A stretch of 64,000 bases of DNA from Rotaria socialis (lineage: Eukaryota), in contig CAJNYD010000015.1 of the NCBI GenBank assembly GCA_905331295.1, positions 186,001 through 250,000 of the forward strand, read 5' to 3'. This document shows, in pieces, positions 35,567 to 48,065 of the stretch. Below the pieces are notes generated by a model. The model did no database searches and was not told the DNA's origin. It was given only the letters and a program-made list of their open reading frames with translations. A program made the translations under genes and the position numbers. How positions within the stretch are numbered: the stretch's first letter is position 1; each line of letters starts with the position of its first letter.

Positions 35567-36519
35567 CAGAAGAGAAGAATCTATCATCGATCATACAGTG
35601 CATCTTCGTATTTTTTCACTACGATAGCTTCTTTTTTTCTTTCTTCCATTCATTGCTTTAATGTTCCGGGCATTTTTTGTCATGTCACTTCCTTTAACAT
35701 AAGACTATTAGACAAAATAGAAGAAAAAAAAGAGCATACTCCATTTGTCACTTCAATACTCGAGGCCTAGTAAATCATACTTATTCATTGATATTAACCC
35801 CGATGCATCGTTTTTTTCTGTTCTATTTAAAAAGAAATAGAGAAAGAGAATATCCCGTTATCGGACGCAATCATCTGTACTCATCCTTTCTAATAAGATT
35901 TTTGAAAAGTATATAGAGAAATTGAAGCACATATGCTTACTAAAATACAATAAAGCTTAACATTTTGAGAGAAAAAACTGCGAGACAAATGCGACTTCAG
36001 TATGAAAAATAAGCTACACATTTTGTGATGTTTGGCATTGCTAAAAAAATAGCTATTTTCTTCTTATCTTTTTCTATTCTGATGTCCTTGAGATGAAACT
36101 AAAAGGGAGCAGATCAAAGTCTTCTACCTACGTAGATCTCAGATAAACATGAAAGCACCAAAGAAACAAATATTGAACTTTTCAATTAGAAGAATGAACG
36201 AGTAGACGAGTTGATGTATAACGACAATTCTTTTTAATGGTTGCTCATATTAGTTGAGTGTATGAGTCAATAAACGCATGTGTTTATTTACAGTTTGAGT
36301 TGTTGTCAGGTAAGACGCCCTAAAAATATGAAGAATGAAAGAGAAAAAACGCTAGCAACCTTGATAGTAGTCATTTGCTTATAAATTTTGTATTTAAACA
36401 TCTTGTTTTTGTTACATTAAGAAACTTGCATAGATAAAATTGATTGCCTGACTACATAATATTATTTTTTCAGCTTTTCATTGCAGACAAATACAATCGA
36501 ACATAGATAAAAATTAACA

Positions 36520-38037
36520 ATGTTATCGTCGCAACTTCGTCATATACTTCATGTATGCTGTTTTCTAACATTTATTTTTATATTCGAAATACTGGCCGGT
36601 GGCATTGTTATTTTTCCACCGAATCAAATAACTTCCAATATTCTCCTTGATAATCCGATTGATCACTATGGTTTTTTCTTAACGATAATTATTTATTTTA
36701 TACGTTTATTATCACTATTACCATTACCATTGGCTATATGCCATGCATGTGGCTTAATTCTCTATAATGTTTTTCCGGATCGACCAACATTACTGAATTC
36801 ACCATGGCTTGGTCCGAAAATTCTCATACGTGTTGTGACACGCGGTGATTATGCGGACTTAGTACGAACAAATATAAGAAGAAATATAGATACATGTGCC
36901 AAAGTTGGTTTCAATAATTTTCAAATTGAAATCGTTACTGATAAACCCATTAGTCTAACTGGTCTGCCGTTAAGTATGGTTCGTGAAGTTGTTGTACCAA
37001 ATGATTATCGAACGAAGACAGGTGCTTTATATAAATCACGCGCTTTACAATATGCATTAGAACCCGATGTTAATCAATTGTCACCGGATGCTTTTATTGT
37101 ACATTTAGATGAAGAAACTCTATTGACAGAAAATTCTGTACGTGGAATATTGAATTTTGTCAATTCCAATGAATATGATATTGGACAAGGACTGATAACA
37201 TATGCAAATGAAACCATTGTTAATTATATAACAACATTGGCTGATAGTATGCGTGTCGGTGTTGATTTAGGATGTTTAAGATTTTGTTTAAAAAAAATTA
37301 ATCGGCCACCATTCTTATTCAAGGGATCATTTGTCGTATGTCGAGCTCAATGTGAAATGGAAGTTACATTTGATAATGGACGTGCAGGTTCAATAGCTGA
37401 AGATACCTATTTTGCTATGTTAGCTATGTCGAAAAATAAAAAGTTTGGATGGATTGAAGGTTTGTTTGAAGCAAAAAAATACTTATAATAACCAAAGAAA
37501 AATGACTGATCAATTTTTTCTATATTTAGGTGAAATGTGGGAAAAAAGTCCATTTACATTATCGGATTTTATTAAACAACGTAAACGATGGTTACAAGGA
37601 ATTCTACTTGTTGTTCATGATTCACGTTTGCCCATTCGAGTTCGCATTGGATTAGGTAAACATTTTATTTTTGACTAAATATAATTTTTTATATGAAATT
37701 TTTAGGAATCGCCTTGTATTCCTGGGTTACATTACCATTGACTTCCTTAAATGTTATACTTACTCCACTTTGTCCCATACCATTACATTGGACATTAAAC
37801 TTTTTAATTGGCTATGTTGGAGCTGTTAATATCTATTTATATATAATCGGCGCAGTCCGTTCATTCTCATTAGTACGTTTAGGCTATTCACAATTTGCGC
37901 TGCGAATATTTGGTACATTAGCCACAATTCCATTCGTTATTGTATGCGAAATAACTGCAGTTCTTTGGGGTTTATTTAGCGACAAAAGCAAATTTTATAT
38001 TGTTGATAAACAATTAGGGCCAATGGTTAATGTTTAA
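36520..38037 (+). CDS. egh: Beta-1,4-mannosyltransferase egghead/BRE-3, 3 exons
   Basis: IRVVTRGDY, GALYKSRALQY, IVHLDEET, GQGLITY, GSIAEDTYF, EKSPFT..DFIKQRKRWLQG and TM helices. Confidence 0.95.
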
Positions 38038-38655
38038 TTCTTCATGAACAAAAAGAAGAAATTCGACCCTTAACTATGATTTCTTTTTCCTTTTTTTTTT
38101 TTTTTGAAAACAATTTTCTTGTGTTTTTATTCAATCACCGAATGAGATGTCTTTATTGTAGTGTGTTATTGATTTAGAACCTCAACCTTTTGTCTGTCAG
38201 ATGATTCTTGTTGTTGCTTTATCAAATAGAATTATATATATATATATATATTATGGAAAAGAAAATTATTTTGTTTTCATAAACGATACAACAATTTCAT
38301 CTATATAATATATTTAGTTTTCAGATTTTTTTTTGTGTTGCCTGTTGTTCGATAAAAGAAAGTCTACTTGCTCGAGCAGTTTGGTATTTCAATTAATCGA
38401 ATCGAACAATATATAGTTAATTAGCTCCAACGGTAATGGATATAATTATGCATTTGCTTTTCTTCTGGTTTTTCATTATGTTTATTTATTCGAGCAAAAA
38501 ATAAGAACATAGATAATTAATGATGTGTTTTTTCCTTTAGATTTTCTTTTTCTATTGGCATTATTGTTCTGGCCTCGACTGGAGCTGCATATATAAATAA
38601 AGACGATCAATCATCATCGTCTGCTGTTGGTGGTACTAAATCACACACTAGTTCA

Positions 38656-40434
38656 ATGAGTTCATCAGAAGAAGGTATTGTAAATGGTTTTTTTTTTTGA
38701 TTTCATTGAATCGATTTTTTTTCTATGACACAGTTTCGTGGATTTCATGGTTCTGTGGTCTTCGTGGTAATGAATTCTTTTGTGAAGTTGACGAAGATTA
38801 TATACAAGATAAATTTAATTTAGTAAGTTATTTAGCAAAAACTTGAAATAGGATTTCAAGCTCGATGATTATTGTAGACAGGTCTTAATGAACAAGTGCC
38901 TCATTATCGTCAAGCACTCGATATGATCCTTGATCTTGAGCCTGATGATGATCTTGATAATCAAGACAATCCAAATCAATCTGATTTGATTGAACAAGCT
39001 GCTGAAATGCTCTATGGTAGATTTAATGATCTTTGTAAAGCATGAATTAATTGATTGGTTTTGGATTTAGGCCTTATTCACGCTCGTTATATTTTGACTA
39101 ATAATGGTATAGCTCAAATGCTTGAAAAATTTCAAAATGGTGATTTTGGTCTTTGTCCTCGTATTTATTGTGACAACCAACCTATGTTACCGGTAAGAAT
39201 AGAAAACAGATTGTCACAAAACTAATTTTTAATGCAATGCGAAGCACGACATTCCTGTAGTCCGTCACGAGTTTACTTTTGCTTTCTCGACGTACGCATC
39301 TTTTTCATCATTTTGTGACCCGATGATCTCGAGTGCCGAAACTCATTGAAACGGGAGATGAAAGTATTGAGATCGAACTTTTGACATCTGTTTTCTAATC
39401 TTCAATCTGAAGTTCTGTTCACTCACAAATGTGGTTCCAAAATGACGAAAATGAAAGAAATTTGTTGCGAGATAATTAAAATGATGTCATCAACATATGT
39501 TAGCCACTATAGCCTATTCATTTCCAGCTGCTCTAAGATAATGAATCATGAAGATAATTAATCGATCAATCAAAATCGACCCTTAAGAATGTATCGCTAA
39601 GTAAGAATAGAGTTTTCTCAGTGATGAATTTCATCATGTCGACATAAAAAGTATTCAAGATTTCTCTGAATTGAAGATTTTTCGTGAAGATCCGATTCGA
39701 TCTTCGCATCGCATTCGTAGTCGAGTGAAACTCGAATACCATCTAGTTTCTAAAGTTGCCATGATTTCTCATTTTTTGTACATCAATTAATTACTAAAAA
39801 AATTAAAATAAATGCTGTCCAAAAGCCATTTCCAAACCTGAACACATCTAATATTGATTCTAAAACTGTAAGAATTTGTTTTTTGGAAATTGTTCAACTA
39901 TGCTTTGAAATCATCGAGCTATTTAGTAAATCTATATTATGAATCGAATATCATACTGTTGATAAATTTTCTTCCTATTTTGAATTCACGGAAAATTTTA
40001 CGAGCTGATTAATTCGAATAACCCCATGAGCATGCTCAATGTGGGGTCGTTCTGCTCGAGCAACGTGCTTTTATTTTCTAATTTATATTTTCTCATAGAT
40101 TGGTTTATCGGAAGTTCCTGGTGAAGCAATGGTTAAACTTTATTGTCCCAAATGCATGGATGTTTATACACCAAAAAGTTCTCGACATCATCATACAGAT
40201 GGCGCATATTTTAGTACTGGTTTTCCTCATATGCTATTTATGGTTCACCCAGAATATAGACCAAAACGTCCAACAAATCAATTTGTAGCTCGACTCTATG
40301 GCTTTAAAATTCATTCTCTAGCTTATCAATTGCAATATCAAGCAGCTGCTAATTTCAAACAATCAAATTCAACTTCAGCTATTCCAAGTAGCGTTGGTGG
40401 TACAACAACAACTCGGCCACTTATTAAAGACTAG
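38656..40434 (+). CDS. CSNK2B: Casein kinase II regulatory subunit beta
   Basis: [36 protein letters not shown], an acidic loop, CPRIYC...LYCPKC zinc finger and [14 protein letters not shown]. Confidence 0.97.
39226..39749 (+). mobile_element. Helentron/HINE-like non-autonomous element in a CK2 beta intron
   Basis: Subterminal IRs AATGCAATGCGAAG (39231) and CTTCGCATCGCATT (39702), 3' hairpin TCGAGTGAAACTCGA (39721-39735), CTAG end and T-rich flanks. Confidence 0.7.
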
Positions 40435-40682
40435 AAAAAATATGAGCAAGATTATTTCTTTATATCTGTTATTGTTGCTTATTACCTGTATATGCCTTTC
40501 TTTGAAAACATCATCTAAATAAATATCCTATAGATTCATGGAATTTGAAGATACTTTTGTATTTTGTAAATGATAAATCAAATGAAATAATTATATCTGA
40601 AACGGATTAAATGGCAATACTTGACTAATTTAATCATCATTTAATTGCGTTTAACAAAGGCTATTTATTTGAATATTTTCAG

Positions 40683-43600
40683 ATGCCCAATGGAGAAGAT
40701 GTTCGACTTAAAGTCGATCATGTTAAGAGCAAAAAAGTTGAAGGAACCTTATATATGATGAGTGAACGTATGGCTTGGATGCCCAAACATAAAGATGTAT
40801 TTACATTATCTTTTGATTATTGTGATATTAAATGTAAGTTGTTATTTTTATTGTTGTTGATGAAAATAGAGAATTATTCAATAGTGGATATATATATATA
40901 TATATGTATTTCGTCAGAGAGGAATACGAGCACCAGTGAAAGTGAGTAAAAATAAAATTTGTTTCGAAATAAACGCAATCGAGTATTTACACTTTGTATC
41001 CATCCATCATTGTAGTGATTTAGAGTATGTATCAAAATGACCGAAATACAAAATGTCGAAAAAATTTATTCTATTATTTTTAAACTGCTAAGATAAAGAT
41101 TTTTTATTGTCTAATAAAATTTTAAGTACACCAAAAAATGAAATGAATGAAGAATAATTAGTTATGAAATTAATAAAAAGAAAATATTTCTCTCTTTCGC
41201 TTGACTATGGCGAGTGAGAAGCCATCAAACAATTGATGAACATCGATTTCAAAAAAAACTTTTTGTACAAGCGTATTGTATCCATTTCTTTCGCAAATCT
41301 AATATTTGTTTAATTCTGTTTCTTTTTTTACTCGATATACACAATCGTTTAAGACTAGCAGAGGATTGCCTTTATTAATGATGGTAAGAGACACGCTGGT
41401 TGTATTAGATGCCATCAAAAATTATACTAAATTTACAACAAGTCATATATAATGAAAAAAAGAAAACAAGAAATAGCATATCTTGATTTGATTTAGTTAT
41501 ATATATTTTTTCTTTTGCGCTCAGTTCTTCAACTAAACTCTACGATGGTACTACTTACGAAAAGCGACAGCCAGTGAAAATAGAAAACGAAGGAATAAAA
41601 TATCACTTGTTGAATTTTAAAAAATTGATGAAAATATACACGCTTCGCTATTTTCATATGATCGACATTGTATTTTTCGCTATTATGACTTGTCAATCTT
41701 TTTGCCTTTTCGTACCGAAAATACTATTTTATTGAATCTTCAAAGATCATCGCATATCATCTGATGAAAAATCAAAAATACGTTTACAAATTGTTTGCTA
41801 CAATGAAATGATGACAACATTCCATTTTTGTAATTCAACTGGACTTGATGCACAAAAGAAAGATCGTGATAGTGTGTCCGATTTACTTAAAATACTGCTA
41901 CCAGAATTTAAAACAATGATGGATCAAGCACTCGAAGTCAAAACTAAGTAAGATTTTTTTCTTACTTTCAGTGATCTTTGTAATGTTTTCATAAAGTATA
42001 TATTATCAGTATTATACGTAGTACTAAGTTGGCCAATAGAAGAGAAAAACGACTGTTACAACCTTTTAGTAGCTGATCTGTTATCTAAAGAGTAAAGTCG
42101 AGAAAAATAGTACTTAGCATACTAAGATGTATTTTATTGATGACATTAACGAAGTAATTCATAAGGAGCTTAGGTCAATTGTTTTCAAACTATGGTCCTT
42201 TCCAAACAGCTTAGAAGGGCATTTAGGTTTTTTTCTGCGGATAAAATTTTGTTCAGTGTAAATAGAATTGTGAGACGCAAATATATTACTGCGTTCGACT
42301 TGAGTTTTATTTATGTGACATACACCGACAACAACTCAGTGCTTCTAGGAAATGTCATTTATATCGAGTTGGTTTTTCTAAATTCGTGCACAGCTCAAAA
42401 AAAATATTTGGGCAAGAAATTTATTCTTTCTCAGGCTAACGTCCAATACTGATGAGAAAGATAACATTGTCTTAGATATGTTTGATTATCTATGATATAT
42501 TTTATCTACACAAAGAAATGATAAACAATTAAAGCCGGTTAAAAACTCGAGAAAATTTTTCTAGACTAAGATTTCTTTTTTATAGGATTTTAAATGAAAA
42601 TAAAACCGTTTATCAATTATACAAAGATTTGGTTATTAGTGGTTTGGTGTCAGCTGATGATTTTTGGAGTAAATATGTTGATGTATGAATTGAAAGAAAA
42701 ACAAAAAGGTTGCATCTTTAAGACTGACTTTATTTTGCAAATTTTAGTTTGATAAATTAACCGCAAGTACCAAAAAGCAGAACACCGGAGTATCCGGTGC
42801 ATTTTTGGTATGTAGTCACATTTGAATTGTCTAATTTAACTTTTGAATTTAGACAAATATCCGTCCTGAATCCGGTGATAATGGTGGTATAATTTACAAG
42901 CTGAATGCAGACACCATTATGTCTATTTTTCGTACATATCCGGCGAGTATGCTAGTCAATTTTAATCGCTAATCGCTATAAGAATTAGTTTGAATAGTTC
43001 GAGAAAAATATGAGCAAAATGTACACACTGGTGGTATGAACGAAGCCGACTTTTGGCGAACATTTTTTCAGTCACATTATTTTACAATGGATCGCATGCA
43101 TTCATCGCATCACCGTGATCTTTTTGCCGATTGTGTTAAACAAGATGATGAAAGTATGAAAAATCATTTTGCTTTGTTTTTTTTGAAATTCGAAAATTTT
43201 ATTTTGTTTTCATAGAAATGCACAATGAAGCAGAACGAGCTAGTCGAACAGCAATGGCTGTGATTGCACCAGAAACAAATGATACTAGTGAAGTAAGAAT
43301 GTTCCTTGTTACGTCGAATAGTTTACTTTAATTATTCAAAATAGATTGGTTATGGTGTTAATGAAAGTGCATCGAACACTACAGGAAAAAATGATTTAAA
43401 TAAAAATCTTATTAAAAGATTTAATTTTCATTCAACTATGATTCTTAAAAGTACGCTTGGTGCCGACACAAATTATGAAACATCCTCAGCTAGTCGAATA
43501 GAGCCTGATGATGATGAGGATATTTCGAAAAAGGTATGTTAATTGATCCTTTTGTTTTTAATTGTGTATATGTGTAAGAGAGAAAGAAAATTCTCAGTCG

Positions 43601-45144
43601 TTAATAGATATTGTCTATGATTCTTTCGGATATTTTATCTTAATTATTTGTTAGGATTCTATTAATAGATTATTCTATGAAACTCTTTATATATTTTATT
43701 CAGAATAAACATAGAGGAATATTAATTATATAAAATTCCGAGTGGTCGTATTTATGCAAAACGAAAGATATCAGTGTCCGCTGTCTATTTCATGATTTTA
43801 AATGCTACGCAACGACACACATAATCAATCGATGTCTTTCATAATGATAGAGCTAGTTGTAGTTCTTGAGTAAAGACTGATAGATCTGGTCTATTTCTTG
43901 TATTCTATTGCTAGAGCTCCTGAGATAAGATTAACTAACTACCATAACATATATATATATGTACTATAACTATAACGTAATCAGTATTTTATAGGATGAG
44001 TGGGCTCTAAGATTAATCTTCAGAAGATTGAATGATGAATTCTGGATAAGATCAATTAAAAAATAAAAAGTAATCTTCAACAGTTCTAGATAAAGTTTAT
44101 GGTTTGATTGTTGTTTCTTAGACTTAATCTGCGAGAAAAGCGATAATCGAAGGATTTAAAATCACTAGTTGTTCCTTGCAAGTTTCGCTTATGATAGGCT
44201 CAATCGTATACAATAGCTTTAGTAGATTTTCGTAGAACTTCAGCTCTAATAAATTATTTTATGTGAATAGCGACAGCAGTTTCGCATAAATCAGAACTAA
44301 TTTCATTTTTTTTTGATTTAGTTTAAATCCGGTGACAATTTAGAAGACTTACGAACTGAACAACAAGAAGAAACGCAAACATTGAAATTAGTGAATCCCG
44401 ATAGATATCTACGTGCACCAACCATAGATCGGTCACAAAAAACATCTGTACAGCAGATACCAACAAATTTCAACAATCTTAAACAAGAAATGGCTAACTG
44501 GCATGTCAATACAGAATTAGTAATAAGTGACTTCAATTTTTAATCAAAAACTGATCGATCTCTTTTTCTTGACTAGACGTTAAATTCAGGTTTAGCACAT
44601 AAAATTGTAAAAGATTTAACACCCGGTGGTGCTCTTATGCACGGGACAACAGCACAAACATTATCGCGTAATTAAAATTGTTGTTTAATCAATTCAATCA
44701 TTTTGAGATTTTTCTTCCTAGAAATTGTCCCTCAAAATATTCAAGAAGAAATGCAAACTATCTATGTATCGTTAAGTGAACTTCTTCGCCATTTTTGGTC
44801 ATCGTTTCCACCGAGTTCACCTCTAATTGAAGAAAAGGTTGGTTGCACACTCAATTGACTTTTAAAAAAATGATTGACCATGTTTATTTTTGTCTTGAAA
44901 TTAGATTCATCGTGTGCATGAAACAATTGAACGTTTTCGGGAAACACAAGTTAATGCGTTTAAAGAAAAAGTATCAACTGATCTATTAACAGATTTTCAT
45001 GTAAATATTTTTATGTGACGAAATAGAACAGAAAAGACCTCTATTTTACTTTAGTTGGCGGGTCATATGGAAGATCTTATCGAAACAGCTAATGTAAAAT
45101 ATAATCAATGGGTTAAAACATTATCATCAACTGGAAGAACTTGA
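40683..45144 (+). CDS. GTF2H1: TFIIH subunit p62, multi-exon
   Basis: N-terminal PH domain (KKVEGTLYMMSERMAW...HRISSDEKSKIRLQIV), BSD-like segments (LYKDLVISGLVSADDFW; IFRTYPA...EADFWRTFFQSHYF), IKRFNFHSTMIL and C-terminal ELLRHFWSSFPP. Confidence 0.9.
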
Positions 45145-45695
45145 TTTTTAAACAAAATGAATTTCTTTTATTTTATGTATAAAAGTATCGAATAAAACAG
45201 AATATATATGACTATATAAACTAGGATGAACATTAATCTCGTAAAGCTATAGTATATTGATGTAGAACACAAAGAATAATCGAAAGATTACTGATACTTA
45301 CTTTTCATGGTAAAATATCACAATGGATTATTACTCAAAATGATGCTTTCACAAGAATTTTTAATTGAATCCACAGAATTATGCAGCATGCGGATTAAAT
45401 GATTTCTGTTTTAATCAGAAAATAAACTATTTTCAAAAACAGGACAAAAAGAGAGAATCCTAGATGATTCTTATTTTTACAGAGCATTTCTAGCACACCC
45501 ATACGATACTGAAAGCGTCGTTTGATAAGATCATTATACAACAGTAACATGAAGTTTGCTGGTTTTTTTAAATTTCACAAGTCTAGGGAAGATCAGAGTG
45601 TTAGCTTAGTGCGAGGAAATTTTACACAATCTTTCTGCTGCTCTAAATCACGAAGTTTATTAAAGCTGTCAAAACACACAATAAAATTTTGAAGC

Positions 45696-46318
45696 TTTTT
45701 GTGTACTCCAAAAAAATGAGTACACTCTAGATTCGGTCAGTGTGTCCGGCCGTCCGGCCGTTAACACGATAACTTTTGAAAGCCTCATCCAATTGTTATG
45801 AAATTTTGTACACAGAATGATCTCATCAATATCTCAGTTGAGTTCGAAGATGAAAGCAATCTGTGAAGAAATGGCTGAGTTATCGAAAAAGTTGTCATTA
45901 TTAACCAGACCATCCCTGAGGGGGGGTACAGGGATTTTTTCAAAAAAATTTTTTTNNNNNNNNNNNNNNNNNNNNNNNNNNNNNNNNNNNNNNNNNNNNN
46001 NNNNNNNNNNNNNNNNNNNNNNNNNNNNNNNNNNNNNNNNNNNNNNNNNNNNNNNGTCGGAGTTTGAAAATTCTTCCGGGTTTTTTTCCAGATTTTAAAA
46101 ATTTATCTCGATTTTTTTGAGAATTTCGAAAGCTTTTCTGGATTTTTTGGGGAATTCAAAATATTTTGCTGGATTGTTTCCGGATTTTTTGAGGATTTCG
46201 AAAGTTTTTCTAGAGTGTTTGTGGAAATTTTGAAAATTTTTCTCGATTTTTTCGGAGATTCTAAAAGTTTTTCTAGTTTTTTCTGGTTTCTCGAGTTCAC
46301 TAGCTGGTAACACTTGTT
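45696..46318 (+). mobile_element. DINE-1/HINE-like element spanning an assembly gap
   Basis: 5' poly-T, GTGTACTC with nearby inverted GAGTACAC, GTCCGGCC short repeats, internal degenerate tandem repeats (TTTTTCGGA/TTTCGAAAG) and 3' GAGTTCAC...CTTGTT. Confidence 0.6.
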
Positions 46319-46380
46319 AAAACGTTAAATTAGAAAATATTAATACATATTTATATTAAAAAATGCATTTTCTATAATCT

Positions 46381-46444
46381 CGCTAGGGGGGCGCAACAAT
46401 TGTTAGGGAGGCTGAGCCCCCCTAGCCTCCTGGCTCCGCCGCTG
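46381..46444. mobile_element. One end of a hAT-like MITE inserted in the PLE RT
   Basis: TIR CTGGCTCCGCCGCTG (46430-46444) followed by the 8-bp TSD CTTATGCA. The internal boundary is approximate. Confidence 0.75.
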
Positions 46445-47302
46445 CTTATGCAGCTCTTGTAAGAACAATAAGATACTCTTCTAGTTTCGACGCTTTCAAA
46501 CGTGAAGAAGCACACATAATTGTGTCTCTTTTGCTTAACAAATATCCAAAAGATTATATTCTTGATCAACACAAAAGAGTTCCAAAATCCTTTCTATGCG
46601 TAGTACCTACAAGAAGGAACTACTCCGATATAAGGAAAAACTCTCTTGAAAACTTCAACAAAGAATTCAAGAAGGCTAGCATAGATTTTGAAGCAACAAT
46701 TTTTTGTCACTTTTCCTTTTGTAAAGGAATGAAAGATTTTTCGACCCGTTTTCATAAATTATGGGACGATTGTTTTTCAGATACAAGTATCACTAACATA
46801 ATGCCAATTGTCGGTTCTAAAACACTGCATAATCTACACATGATTACTTAGTTAAAAAGAAACAAGATCGTCTTATGTTCACAGTGAAAACACCGTGCCC
46901 AATAACAACACCAACAGCCACGAACATCTCAATTGGCAACAACCACAAAATTTTCAATGTTCCTTCTGGCGAAATTGTACCCGTGTTGGCAACAAGCTGG
47001 CAGCAGTAACAAATTATGAACGAATATGAACTAAATGCAATTTTCTCATCGTTCTAAAATAAAAAACATTTCTTACTTCTACCATCTACGAGGTCTCTCA
47101 GATCCGTAGAATTCTTTTTCTTTTTTGTTGTTGTAATAATATTTTTTGTAAAAGTTTTTTCAATGTAGTTTCTGACGAAGTCAAGTTTCAACTTGACAAA
47201 AACCGGTCAATAAACTCTACCAAAACGAAAAAAACTTTTAATTATTCATCTTCAATCTCGAGAGAGTGTTCAAGAAAAAGATAGGTTTTCTTTGAATAAG
47301 AA
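46445..47302 (+). mobile_element. 3' half of a Penelope-like (Athena-type) element: RT thumb/C-terminus and 3' UTR
   Basis: YAALVRTIRYSSSFDAFKREEAHIIVSLLLNKYP...FHKLW...PIVGS continues directly from HIKKNIPYA of the minus-strand RT. No GIY-YIG motif appears before the stop. Confidence 0.85.
47165..47220 (+). ncRNA. Degenerate minimal hammerhead ribozyme-like motif
   Basis: CTGACGA core, stem II GTCAAGTT-TC-AACTTGAC, AAAAA in place of GAAA, then palindromic ACCGGT and a GTC triplet. Confidence 0.6.
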
Positions 47303-48036
47303 NNNNNNNNNNNNNNNNNNNNNNNNNNNNNNNNNNNNNNNNNNNNNNNNNNNNNNNNNNNNNNNNNNNNNNNNNNNNNNNNNNNNNNNNNNNNNNNNNN
47401 NNNNNNNNNNNNNNNNNNNNNNNNNNNNNNNNNNNNNNNNNNNNNNNNNNNNNNNNNNNNNNNNNNNNNNNNNNNNNNNNNNNNNNNNNNNNNNNNNNNN
47501 NNNNNNNNNNNNNNNNNNNNNNNNNNNNNNNNNNNNNNNNNNNNNNNNNNNNNNNNNNNNNNNNNNNNNNNNNNNNNNNNNNNNNNNNNNNNNNNNNNNN
47601 NNNNNNNNNNNNNNNNNNNNNNNNNNNNNNNNNNNNNNNNNNNNNNNNNNNNNNNNNNNNNNNNNNNNNNNNNNNNNNNNNNNNNNNNNNNNNNNNNNNN
47701 NNNNNNNNNNNNNNNNNNNNNNNNNNNNNNNNNNNNNNNNNNNNNNNNNNNNNNNNNNNNNNNNNNNNNNNNNNNNNNNNNNNNNNNNNNNNNNNNNNNN
47801 NNNNNNNNNNNNNNNNNNNNNNNNNNNNNNNNNNNNNNNNNNNNNNNNNNNNNNNNNNNNNNNNNNNNNNNNNNNNNNNNNNNNNNNNNNNNNNNNNNNN
47901 NNNNNNNNNNNNNNNNNNNNNNNNNNNNNNNNNNNNNNNNNNNNNNNNNNNNNNNNNNNNNNNNNNNNNNNNNNNNNNNNNNNNNNNNNNNNNNNNNNNN
48001 NNNNNNNNNNNNNNNNNNNNNNNNNNNNNNNNNNNN

Positions 48037-48065
48037 CGTAGTCCAAAATTCTGACTCCGCCACTG
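48037..48065. mobile_element. Other end of the hAT-like MITE
   Basis: CTGACTCCGCCACTG (48051-48065) followed by TGCATAAG, the reverse complement of TSD CTTATGCA. Confidence 0.75.

Noticed and set aside
46095..46313. K/E/F-rich ORFs
   Set aside because: Translation of tandem repeats inside a DINE-like element.
47303..48036. Long poly-X ORFs
   Set aside because: Artefacts of the N gap.
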